Shown: one piece after another, positions 1-8,559 of the stretch
Position numbering within the stretch: position 1 is the stretch's first letter
How the letters are laid out: each line of letters opens with the position of its first letter
The notes under the pieces: generated by a model
Database searches by the model: none
What the model was told of the DNA's origin: nothing
The model's input: only the letters and a program-made list of their open reading frames with translations
Made by a program: the position numbers and the translations under genes
Source of the DNA: Dehalococcoidia bacterium
GTDB taxonomy: Bacteria; Chloroflexota; Dehalococcoidia; Lucifugimonadales; UBA3495
Direction of reading: 5' to 3'
NCBI GenBank assembly: GCA_963693555.1
Contig: CAVOAA010000002.1
Location: forward strand, 1 to 46,006
Length of the DNA stretch: 46,006 nt

Positions 1-264
1 GCTGGTGGGCATCTCACGGATGGTCGGTTGGCGGGGGAGGGTACTCTCAACAGCAGCAGGAGTCGTCATTGGCGTCGCGATCCTCGAGAATTCTTGGGGA
101 AAATGTCGTCCAGCCGGAACCAAAGCGCCCGGAGATCGGTTAATGAGCAATGGCCCCGGCCCCATAGGAGTAAACCAGTCCATTGGAGCCTAAAACGCCC
201 GACCATTTCAAGGAGCAACTGTCAATAATGGCTGCCGGAGCTGCTGGAAGGACCGCTGGCGTCT

Positions 265-399
265 CTAAGCCGCCACCTCGATAAACTCCACCGGGTAGTC
301 CTTCCGCCAGGCGTCTATACCGCCGGAAAGTGCGGAGGCTTCGAAGCCTTGGTCCCTTAATTGCTGCGCCACACGGACGCTAGTCGCATCGTCGGGTCA
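265..399 (-). other. In-frame continuation of the rhodanese domain beyond the TGA at 397-399. This is a candidate UGA-selenocysteine recoding site, or else a nonsense lesion.
   Basis: Hand translation in the same frame after the TGA gives PDDATSVRVAQQLRDQGFEASALSGGIDAWRKDYPVEFIEVAA, then a TAG at 265-267. That is the expected C-terminal half of a rhodanese fold (the GG-x-x-AW motif). Confidence 0.5.
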
Positions 400-1851
400 A
401 CTACAATAGAAGACCATCTCCTTCCCCGGCTCATATTCTTGCGCCCACTCGAAGGCACCGTCGGGCACCACCCGGATGGACTTTGGAATCCTGGTCCCGT
501 CATGGTTGTAGCTGGCCCGGGTCCGTACATCCACCACCAACGGCGGGTTGGGCCGCGTCAGACGGCCAACAAGCTCGTCGGGCGTTAGCATGGGGACTTG
601 TCCATCGTGACCGCCGAATAGCCCGGCTACCGTGCTCTCACGCTCTTCCAACAGGGTTTCTTCGGCGGCGACCCGGCCGTACCAGACCCCCACCGGCGTC
701 GCACTGCCGCCGTGAATGGCCACTGATGCCATGACCACCACACCCACGGTCGCCAGCAATAGCTCAGCGCCAGGGATACCCGCCTGCACGACAAGCAGGG
801 CCAGCAACAATGAGTTCAGCCCTCTTGGGCCGAACCAACAGATGAAGGCACGGGCCTGCCAGCTCAGCCGGGCCTTGGCCAATACCGTACCCAAAACCGC
901 CGGCCGTATGACGAACACCACCAGGGCGGCCAGGAACAACGTGGGCGTAACGTCAACCGTTCCCAACATGCCCGAGAGCACAGCTCCGAACAGGACAAAG
1001 GCCAGCAGCATGGCCATCTCAGAGGTGACTTCGCCATATTCCAGGAAACAATCGCAGAGAGACTGGTTGAGCATCACCACGGCCAGTCCGGCCGCGAACG
1101 CCCCCAGGAACCCATCGCCACCCGCTGCGGTTGCCGCAGAATAAGATGCCAACACCAGGCCCACGCCGTAGAGGGACTGATGCTCGCGCCGGATGGTCAT
1201 CTTCTTGTCCATCCAGTTCATCAACCAAGAGCCCACTCCGCCGACGGCAAAACCGATGGCCGGCCCCAAGAGGAGCAGCTTGACCAGGAAGATGACCCAG
1301 CCTCCGACGCTGCCACCCTGATCGGTGGCCACGGCAATCAGCACCAAGACCACCGGAAGTACCACCAGGTCGTTCATGCCCGCTTCGATCTTCAACACCT
1401 GCCTTACCGAACGGGGGATGCGCTCGTCACGCACGATATCCCGCAAGACGACCGGGTCGGTGGAAGCCAGGACAGCACCGCCGATGAAGGCCAGTATCCA
1501 GCCAAAGTTAAGGAACAACCCAAAGGGCAAAGCGCCGATGGCGATGATCAAGCCGGTACCCGGGCCAAGGATCAATGCCGGTACCAACCAGCGTTTGCCG
1601 AGTTCGGTGATCTGGATTTTTACGGCGTCCAGAAACAGAACCAAGGCCAAGGTCAGAGTGGCAACGACCTCAAGAAACGGGGAATGAGGTCCAACGTCAA
1701 GCTCGTCTATTCCCTGACTCCCCAGCAAAAATCCCAAGCCAAGGAAGATCAAAGGGAAAGAGAGCGGTGACCGCTCGACCAACCCGGATGCCAGGGCAGT
1801 AACCGTCAGAACGACGGCTATCACCCCGAATATGAAAATGAAATCAGGCAC
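397..1851 (-). CDS. Cation:proton (Na+/H+) antiporter, CPA1-type, fused to a C-terminal rhodanese domain. The ORF as tracked stops at a TGA inside the rhodanese active-site loop.
   Basis: About 400 aa of multi-pass hydrophobic segments typical of Na+/H+ exchangers are followed by a rhodanese-like tail (VVDVRTRASYNHDGTRIPKSIRV...EMVFYCS). The start is a GTG at 1849-1851. The ORF ends ...FYCS-TGA. Confidence 0.85.
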   Translation of the reverse strand: MPDFIFIFGVIAVVLTVTALASGLVERSPLSFPLIFLGLGFLLGSQGIDELDVGPHSPFLEVVATLTLALVLFLDAVKIQITELGKRWLVPALILGPGTGLIIAIGALPFGLFLNFGWILAFIGGAVLASTDPVVLRDIVRDERIPRSVRQVLKIEAGMNDLVVLPVVLVLIAVATDQGGSVGGWVIFLVKLLLLGPAIGFAVGGVGSWLMNWMDKKMTIRREHQSLYGVGLVLASYSAATAAGGDGFLGAFAAGLAVVMLNQSLCDCFLEYGEVTSEMAMLLAFVLFGAVLSGMLGTVDVTPTLFLAALVVFVIRPAVLGTVLAKARLSWQARAFICWFGPRGLNSLLLALLVVQAGIPGAELLLATVGVVVMASVAIHGGSATPVGVWYGRVAAEETLLEERESTVAGLFGGHDGQVPMLTPDELVGRLTRPNPPLVVDVRTRASYNHDGTRIPKSIRVVPDGAFEWAQEYEPGKEMVFYCS

Positions 1852-1885
1852 TGGCGCCCCTGCCAGAAATTTACTTGGTCAAACC

Positions 1886-3523
1886 CTAGAACTTGGAGTA
1901 CTCGCCCTCGTCCTTGGTGATGAACTCCAATACTACTGCTTTGCCGGCCTCGGTCTCGGCGATGCCCCGTTTGATGGCGGGGATGATGTCGGCCGGGGCG
2001 GTGATCTTTTCAGTATAGGCGCCCATGGCCTGGGCAACCTCAGAGAATTCGCCCGATAGGGTTTTGACGTTGTATTTCTCCAGCGCCACGGGGAACCGGC
2101 TGTCGTCGTAGATGGACATATAAGCGTTGTTGATGACGATGGTCAGCGTGGGTATATCGCACCTGACTGCCGTCTCGATGTCCAGCCCCACGGTGCTGAA
2201 AGCCAAGTCACCCATTACATTTATGCACAGTTTTTCCGGTGCGGCCAGCTTGGCACCCATGGCCAACCCGAGACTGTAACCCAGCTGGGTGGACTTGCCC
2301 CAGCCGATGAAACTGCGGGGCGCACGGGCCTCCCAGAAGGGGCTCAGGTATTCTCTGGCGCTGCCCGACTCATGGGTGATTATGGTGTTGTCCAGATCAA
2401 CTGTGTGCATCAGGTCCCAGACCACCCGGTAGGGGTTCATGGGCACTTCTTCAGAGGTCAACTTGGGCATCCACTGGGCCAGCCAGGCTTCTTTCATCGA
2501 CTTGATGTCGTCTTGTAGCACCTGGTTCTTGGCCCTGGCGCTGCCCGCCTGGCTCTTCAGTTCGTCCAGCATTTGGCGCAGCACGAGTTTGGCGTCACCC
2601 AGCATGGCGAACTCGGTCTTGAACTCCCGGCCAATGGCGTCTTCGTCGTTGGTCAGATGGACCATGGTTTTGCCGGCGGGTATGGCCTGGGCGAAGTTGG
2701 TCTTGGTGAAGCTACAACCGACGCCAAAGACCAGGTCAGACTCTCTCAGGTATTTGTTGGCCTGGGCGGTCGTACTGGGGCCACCGGCGCCCAGGGACAG
2801 GGGGTGTGTCTCCGGGAAGGCGCTCTTGCCCGACAGGGTGGTCATCACCGGGGCCTGCAAGAACTCGGCCAGCTCGATCAGTTCGGGTGTGGCTTCCGCG
2901 TACAGGATGCCCTGACCGGCATGAATTATCGGCCGGTCGGCGGCCAGCAGGGCCTTGGCGGCGCGGCTCACGTCCGACGGATCAGCCTGTTGCAACACCA
3001 CCCGGGGTGGCTCGTAGTTGAACAGCTCTTCGGGCAGTTCGGCGGTGGCCACGTCCTGGGGGATCTCCAGCAGGACCGGGCCGGGGCGTCCGGTGCGCAA
3101 CTTGGTGAACGCCCGCCGCATCAGGTCGGGTATGCGCTCAACCATGTTCATCTCTTCCGACCATTTGGTGATGGTCTCGTAGCTGCGGGTGGGGTAGAAG
3201 TTCGGGTGGACCCCCCGTTTGTCCCGGGGCATGCCAGCGGGCAGCAGAAGGATGGGGACGGACTCCGAATAGGCTTGGGCAACGCCGCCGAAGCCGTTCT
3301 CCGCTCCGGGTCCGTTCTGCATCATGAACACGCCCATCTTCTTGCCGTTGGTCACCCTGGAATAACCGTCAACCATGTGGATGCCGGTGCTTTCTTGTCT
3401 AAAGATTATCGGGCGGATCCCGGCGATGGCCGCGGCTTCCAAAAGCGGCTGATAGGGCACGCAGCCGATGAACTCCACACCCTCCATGCGCAGGATATTG
3501 GCGATCGCTGTGACTCCGTCCAT
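1886..3523 (-). CDS. Thiamine-diphosphate-dependent enzyme, acetolactate-synthase-like family
   Basis: The 545-aa product has the N-terminal ThDP pyrimidine-binding region (GVEFIGCVPYQPLL...) and a C-terminal GDLAF...NN ThDP-binding motif. I moved the start to the ATG at 3523, which has a GAGGAG 7 nt upstream; the ORF-track TTG at 3538 lies inside that ribosome-binding site. Confidence 0.85.
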   Translation of the reverse strand: MDGVTAIANILRMEGVEFIGCVPYQPLLEAAAIAGIRPIIFRQESTGIHMVDGYSRVTNGKKMGVFMMQNGPGAENGFGGVAQAYSESVPILLLPAGMPRDKRGVHPNFYPTRSYETITKWSEEMNMVERIPDLMRRAFTKLRTGRPGPVLLEIPQDVATAELPEELFNYEPPRVVLQQADPSDVSRAAKALLAADRPIIHAGQGILYAEATPELIELAEFLQAPVMTTLSGKSAFPETHPLSLGAGGPSTTAQANKYLRESDLVFGVGCSFTKTNFAQAIPAGKTMVHLTNDEDAIGREFKTEFAMLGDAKLVLRQMLDELKSQAGSARAKNQVLQDDIKSMKEAWLAQWMPKLTSEEVPMNPYRVVWDLMHTVDLDNTIITHESGSAREYLSPFWEARAPRSFIGWGKSTQLGYSLGLAMGAKLAAPEKLCINVMGDLAFSTVGLDIETAVRCDIPTLTIVINNAYMSIYDDSRFPVALEKYNVKTLSGEFSEVAQAMGAYTEKITAPADIIPAIKRGIAETEAGKAVVLEFITKDEGEYSKF

Positions 3524-3632
3524 GTCTTTACTCCTCAAATAACCCGTGGGGGGCGAGCCAGCCGTGGCTCACGTGGGGCTGCGATTTCGGGCCAGTGTAG
3601 ATTGCACGCCTAAGGGTGTCAACCGGCCTAAA

Positions 3633-3700
3633 TCTCCTCTCCCGTCCTTCCGCGGAAAGAGGAGAGGGTTAGGGCGAGGTCACCTCGTCGGTGGCGAGCA
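3633..3700. repeat. Intergenic REP-like palindromic element (CCTCTCC...GGAGAGG-GTTAGGGCGAGG type)
   Basis: The sequence tctcctctcccgtccttccgcggaaagaggagagggttagggcgaggtcacctcg contains the inverted repeat cctctcc/ggagagg and a second small hairpin cgagg-tca-cctcg. It resembles a short intergenic repeat family I recall from many bacteria. Only one copy occurs in this window. Confidence 0.3.
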
Positions 3701-3739
3701 GCATTAGACGCAGGCTCCGTCTAGCAAAGCACAAGGGCT

Positions 3740-3780
3740 AAAAAAGCGCAGACCCTCAGCATATGCTGAGGGTCTGTTTA
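3740..3780 (-). terminator. Rho-independent terminator downstream of the LuxR/LAL regulator
   Basis: A perfect 28-nt palindrome, cagaccctcagcat|atgctgagggtctg, lies at 3749-3776. The A-run at 3740-3745 becomes a T-run after the hairpin on the minus strand. Confidence 0.65.
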
Positions 3781-3870
3781 ATGCCTATATTGTGGGCCGG
3801 GGACGACGTACATCCCAGTTTGTCAGACTAGTAGCAGCCGCCGCCACCGCCCTGACGACTGAAACAATCG

Positions 3871-6800
3871 CTAAGGTTCGGTTACTGGTGGTACCAAACC
3901 GTGCTGATTGGCGTAGTTGGCGGCCTCGGCGCGGTTAGCCGCGCCGGTTTTGCTGAGGATGTTTCTCACGTGGTTGCCTACTGTATTGACGCTGATGACC
4001 AATTCTTCACCGATCTCCCGGTCGGTCATACCAGCGCAGATAACCAGCAGGACTTCGACTTCCCGCGCGGTGAGTCCATCGGGGTATGCAGGCGTCCTGA
4101 TGGGCTGTGCTTCAGCTAGTTCCTGAAGCCCCATAACCCGGTCTATCAGAGGACGCATACCCAAGTCGCTGGCCAGATCCAACGACTCTTTTAGCAGCGC
4201 AATCGCCTTGACTCGATCATCGCCCGAGTTGCGCTGAACCAGCAAGCCGGCGTAGTCGCAGCAAGTCCAGGCCAATTCGGGTCTACAACCCGCCTTGCGA
4301 CAGAAAACCAGCGCTTCTTCGAAGTGGGCTGCCGCTTGGTCAAGGTCACCGGCCGTCCGCGACAATAGGCCCAGCACTCTATCGACGACGAAACCAGGAC
4401 CATTACTGCTTTGAGGCGCCATAATGCCAGCAGTCGCCAGCAGCGAGCCGTACAATTCCCTGGCGGCCGTCTCGTCTTGCCGCTGCACAGCAATCAATGC
4501 CAGGCCTATCCGGGCCGCGTGCAAGTAAGCAGGGAGAGCGACCGGCAAGGAAAAGATTGCATTGGCCACCATCTCGACAAGATCAAAATGGACCATCCGG
4601 CCGGTTATGTAGGCGACCGCTGGGATGACCACGGCTGGGACCGTGTAAAACCCTTGTGTCACCAGCGCGATTGTGGCTGGGGGACTGGGCCACCCCCCCG
4701 GGGACGCTATCTAAGAGGCGCTGAAGATAAGCGTCGCTGGCATCGCTATCCCCTAATTGACACTCCAGCAGCGCCCCAGCGCCTAGAATCACAGGATCCC
4801 GTGGTGACGTTTTCAGGCACTGGTCAATATAGGTTCTAGCGGTCGGCCAGTCCCCCTTGGCGCTGTTTAAAACTACGTTGGCATCCATGGCACGGTCGTG
4901 CCAGATACGCGACCGGCTGCGTTCTGCGGCCGCCAACATCGCCTCAGCATGGACGGTTGCTTCTTCCAAGTTGCCCATCGCATAGAGAACGTGGTTCAGG
5001 TCGTAACGGGCGTGAGACTCTTCATTCGGCAGATCGACAAACTGCGCTAACGCGATGGCCTGCAGGTTACTTTCCAGGCTCTGCTCATTGTTGCTGTAAT
5101 GATAATCCACGCACCCTGCGGCGACCAAAGCCTTCATCTCCAGCGATTTGTTTTGTTGTTGGCGTGCGATGGAAAGAGCGTGATGAAAGGCTTCTTGAGA
5201 CCGGCCATAGTCGGTGCGAAATGGGAAGATCAGGCGGGCCTGGAGCCACCCAGCTTCGATGGTGTCCGGTGCAACCAACGTCAATGCTCTTTCGACGAAT
5301 TCAAGTCCAATGGTCACGATTGGAAGGTCGGAAAGAGCGGTTGCCAATGCTCGCTCTGAATCCCCGATACTCAAATAGTAATCGAAGGCTCGGGTAAGGC
5401 TGACAGCCACCTGCCTCGAATTTGACCGGTCATGGGTACCTAGTTGCGCGTGACCGAGTCCCGCTAATAGCGCCGCGGCCTCTTCATCTTCAGCCGGCTC
5501 CGAACCCGTTAGCGCTATGCCTTTGACCGTCAATCCCATTTGAAAGTGGACCAGCGCTTCATCGTAGGCCTGAACATTCACAGCTTTTTCGCCCGCCAGA
5601 ATGGAGTACTGCACCACCTTTTCTACGCCGGTAACTGTCTGCGCCTGGGCAAAATGGTAAACCAGTTCGGCGGCGTGGGCCTCGGCTTCCAACCCGTACC
5701 CAATTTCCAGAGTCTCGGCGATTCGGGCATGGAGACGCACACGCTGGGTCAAGGACAACTCCGAGGTTAGAGTCTCTTGAATCAATGCGTGAGCGAACTG
5801 GTAGTGGCCCACCGTATCGGATGTCTCTTCGATCGCTCGACCAGCTAGAGCCTCCTCCAACACACCCAACAACTGGCCCCCTGTGAAGTCTTCTATCAGC
5901 GGCCGCAATTGGTCCAGCGTGAACTCCCGGCCGATGACCGATGCCACAGTAAGGGTTTCGTTGCAGTGATTGGACAGACGATTCAGACGCCTTCCGATCA
6001 CTTCACGCACTCCCTCAGGAATGCGTATGGTCCATGAGTCTTTATCTTCTTTTTGTACCGAGCCGGGTACCGGGCCCGACATCGCGCCGGTGCTCAGCCC
6101 TCCCTCCTGCTCCAACATCCGCACTATCTCAGTGACGAACAGTGCATTGCCTTCTGTCTGAGAATGAAGAGCCTCGACCAATCCTGGATGGACTGTATTA
6201 CCTGAGGTAATCTCGATCAGGCGCGCCACATCTTCCCGGGCCAGGCCCTGCAATCGCAAGCGCTGGAATAATCGTTCTCTGGTCAATTCGCCAAGGGTCT
6301 CTACGAGAGGGTGTTGACGGCTAAGCTCAACATCCCGGTAGGTACCCAAGAGCATCAATCGTGCCCCATCCAACTCCCTTGTGACGAATCTAAGCAGTTG
6401 GAGTGATGGCAGATCGGCCCAGTGGAGGTCATCCAACACGATGACCATAAGCTGTTTCTGGGAGGCGTTTTTTAGAAATGTAGTTATCGAGTCGAACATC
6501 CGGAACTGGGCTTGTTCCGGGCTCTCCATCTGGGACGGAGGTCCGACTTCGGGCAACCTTTATTTCACGTCCGGCACCAGACCGGCAATGTCAGCGGCCC
6601 CAGCTCCGACCTCTGATCTCAGCTGATCTGGGTCAATTTCCCTCACGTGGGACCGGATAGCCTGGACCCAGGGCCAGTAAGGAGGCACTCCCTGCTCTTC
6701 GTAGCAACGGCCCCACAGCACCCGAGCGCCCTTGGAATCTGCGTGGTTGGCCAGTTCCTGCGCCAAGCGGGTCTTCCCGATGCCAGGCTCGCCGGCCAGC

Positions 6801-6919
6801 ATAGCCATCTGGCCTATTCCAGACAAGACTTCGTCCAAGACCGCAGTAAGTACTGCCATCTCATCCTGGCGACCGATGAATCCAGAATCCCGTATCTCGT
6901 TACTCGTCACGGCACACAC
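3871..6919 (-). pseudogene. Large ATP-dependent LuxR-family (LAL/MalT-like) transcriptional regulator, disrupted by an in-frame TAA and a frameshift
   Basis: Three consecutive ORF fragments make up the gene. 6560-6919 carries the Walker A motif GEPGIGKT. 4583-6556 carries DDLHWAD and a long helical/TPR-like region. 3871-4662 carries TPR-like repeats and a C-terminal LuxR HTH (LTAREVEVLLVICAGMTDREIGEELVISVNTVGNHVRNILSKTG). Fragments 1 and 2 share a frame and are separated only by the TAA at 6560-6562. Fragments 2 and 3 fuse if one base is removed from the C7 run at 4693-4699. The total of 3049 nt is 3n+1. Confidence 0.8.
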
Positions 6920-7048
6920 CCCGCCCTTTCGTTGGCAACATACTACAACTAATCTGTGTACTCTTGCCTCCAGCCAAGCACGCGGCTTTATTTAGTGCGT
7001 GCATTGTTGGAGTAGGGGCGGCGGCCTGTCACCCAGCCGTTGTGTGGA

Positions 7049-7483
7049 TCAGAACTCGGGCTGGGAGCTCCAGGGGACGAACCTTGCCGGCGTGATCTTG
7101 ATCACCGGGCTTTGGTCCAGGTCCATCTGGCGGTATTGGGGGTATTTCTCGCGGAGCATGGCGATGGCGCGCGACCATTCTTCACCCGATTCCAGCAGGC
7201 CGGCCTCGCCGATAACTAACACGTATTGAAGACGTGTCCAGTCCTCTTCGTAGTGGTCGGCGATCAGGGAGACCTGGGGGTTGGCCAGGATGTTCCGCAC
7301 GCGCCTGAGTCGCTTTAGGGGCGTGGTCTTGGGCTTGGCGTCCAACACCGAGTAGATGACCGTCCCGTCGAACACATAACAAACTGGGATAACGTGGGGC
7401 TGGCCGTCCTTGCTGGAGGTGGCCAGGTGCCCGGTGCGCGCAGAGCGGAGAAAGAGGTCTTGGGCGGCGGATAGATTGGCCAC
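7049..7483 (-). CDS. PPOX-class (pyridoxamine-5'-phosphate-oxidase-fold) probable F420-dependent oxidoreductase
   Basis: The roughly 144-aa core reads HLATSSKDGQPHVIPVCYVFDGTVIYSVLDAKPK...RVRNILANPQVSLIADHYEEDW. The ORF-track N-terminus (to 7651) overlaps the upstream HEAT gene and looks like junk. The GTG at 7483 is the first start after that gene's stop. An ATG at 7534 is an alternative. Confidence 0.7.
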   Translation of the reverse strand: MANLSAAQDLFLRSARTGHLATSSKDGQPHVIPVCYVFDGTVIYSVLDAKPKTTPLKRLRRVRNILANPQVSLIADHYEEDWTRLQYVLVIGEAGLLESGEEWSRAIAMLREKYPQYRQMDLDQSPVIKITPARFVPWSSQPEF

Positions 7484-7499
7484 GAGACTGGGGTTTGGC

Positions 7500-8423
7500 C
7501 TAGAAGTCGCCGAGAAAACCCTGAGGGTCTTCATCGAATTCCAGGTCTTGCAACTCCATCTGAGCTGCCTCTTCGAGGTTGGCGTCACCGTCTTTGACCA
7601 GGGACGTGAGCACCTTCTTGGCCAACGGGCCGCCAATCTTGCCCAGCGCACTGACTCCAGCCAGTTGGACCTCTGAATCGTCGTCTTTCAGCAGCAGGAT
7701 CAGGTGGGGAACTGCATCCTCTTCGCCCAGTTCTCCACAGGCATGGGCGGTCTCGTAGCGAATGGTCGGCTCCTCATTCTCTAGCTCTTGCAGCAGGATC
7801 GGCAACCAGCCACGCTCGCCGGTGCGCCCCATGGCAAAGATGGAACTGGCACGGAAATCCGGGTCAAGGCTTTCGTAGGCCAGGGTGATGAGTTGGTTGA
7901 TCTCCATGGTGTTGAAGGGTGCGATGGCTTCCATACAACGCCGCCGCACGTCGATCGGCTCTTCCTCGTCCTCCAGCACCTGCATGAGGTTGTCGTGGAT
8001 CAGCTCGCCGTCCCTGGAAAGCAGCTTTCCGGTCTGGGCCAGCATCGGGTACCGCCCCAGCGCGCTGGCGGCGGCGGAACGGACCGAATAACCCTTGTCC
8101 GACCGCAAAACTTCGATAAGCCCGGGAATCACCGACCGGTCTTCGTGCTCCCAGAAACCGTCCATGGCGATCTCCAAAAGGGGTTCGTCATCGCTCTTGA
8201 GGCACATCTTGTAGATGGCGATAAAGTCTAGTTCGGGGTTGTCTTCAGCCAGTTCAACCATGTTCGAGGCGATTGAACGTTGGCGTTCGATGGGGAGTGG
8301 ATACCATGCTGAAGCGAAGAGCTCCAACTCCTCTGGGGAGAGGTCTGATATCTCATAGAAGTCCACCGCGGACACATGACCTGTAGGGTCTGAAACGTTC
8401 TCGAGAAAGAATTCGAAAGACAT
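7500..8423 (-). CDS. HEAT-repeat (PBS-lyase-like) protein
   Basis: The 307-aa product is acidic and carries repeated helical units of the type IPGLIEVLRSDKGYSVRSAAASALG and VPHLILLLKDDDSEVQLAGVSALGKIG. Confidence 0.75.
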   Translation of the reverse strand: MSFEFFLENVSDPTGHVSAVDFYEISDLSPEELELFASAWYPLPIERQRSIASNMVELAEDNPELDFIAIYKMCLKSDDEPLLEIAMDGFWEHEDRSVIPGLIEVLRSDKGYSVRSAAASALGRYPMLAQTGKLLSRDGELIHDNLMQVLEDEEEPIDVRRRCMEAIAPFNTMEINQLITLAYESLDPDFRASSIFAMGRTGERGWLPILLQELENEEPTIRYETAHACGELGEEDAVPHLILLLKDDDSEVQLAGVSALGKIGGPLAKKVLTSLVKDGDANLEEAAQMELQDLEFDEDPQGFLGDF

Positions 8424-8559
8424 TTATCTTCGGTTCCTATCCTGAGTTAATGTGGCCAATATAGCCTTTGATCCGAGCTGTTCAAAGCCGCTATAAAGCT
8501 CTGCGCAGGCACGCTTTTAAGTATATCATAGGCGAACCGGGCAACCACAATGGCCGGTG

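Noticed and set aside
1-264. Coding potential at the left edge: a 61-codon open frame on the minus strand from the ATG at 183 to the window edge, and the plus-strand ORFs 5-193 and 28-228.
   Set aside because: None of the six frames gives a protein-like sequence I can recognise, and no ribosome-binding site is visible. I cannot support a call, although a real gene may begin or end here.
330-396. A canonical bacterial SECIS hairpin downstream of the in-frame TGA.
   Set aside because: I found only weak or atypically spaced stems by eye, so I do not annotate a SECIS. The selenocysteine idea therefore remains a hypothesis.
2573-3613. Long ORFs antisense to, or out of frame with, strong genes. 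Examples are 2573-3613(+), 19425-20258(-), 28648-29502(-), 33628-34245(-), 36362-37021(-), 44987-45616(-), 14506-14898(-) and 25185-25571(-).
   Set aside because: They are typical shadow ORFs of a high-GC genome. Their translations are Arg/Gly/Pro-rich with no motifs, they lack ribosome-binding sites, and each lies fully inside a gene with clear family signatures on the other strand or in another frame.
3805-3870. A possible short Gly-rich peptide ending ...QGGGGGCY just downstream of the LuxR gene, which resembles a RiPP precursor.
   Set aside because: That frame has a stop (TAA) 7 codons upstream of the Gly run, and no ATG, GTG or TTG start lies between the stop and the run.
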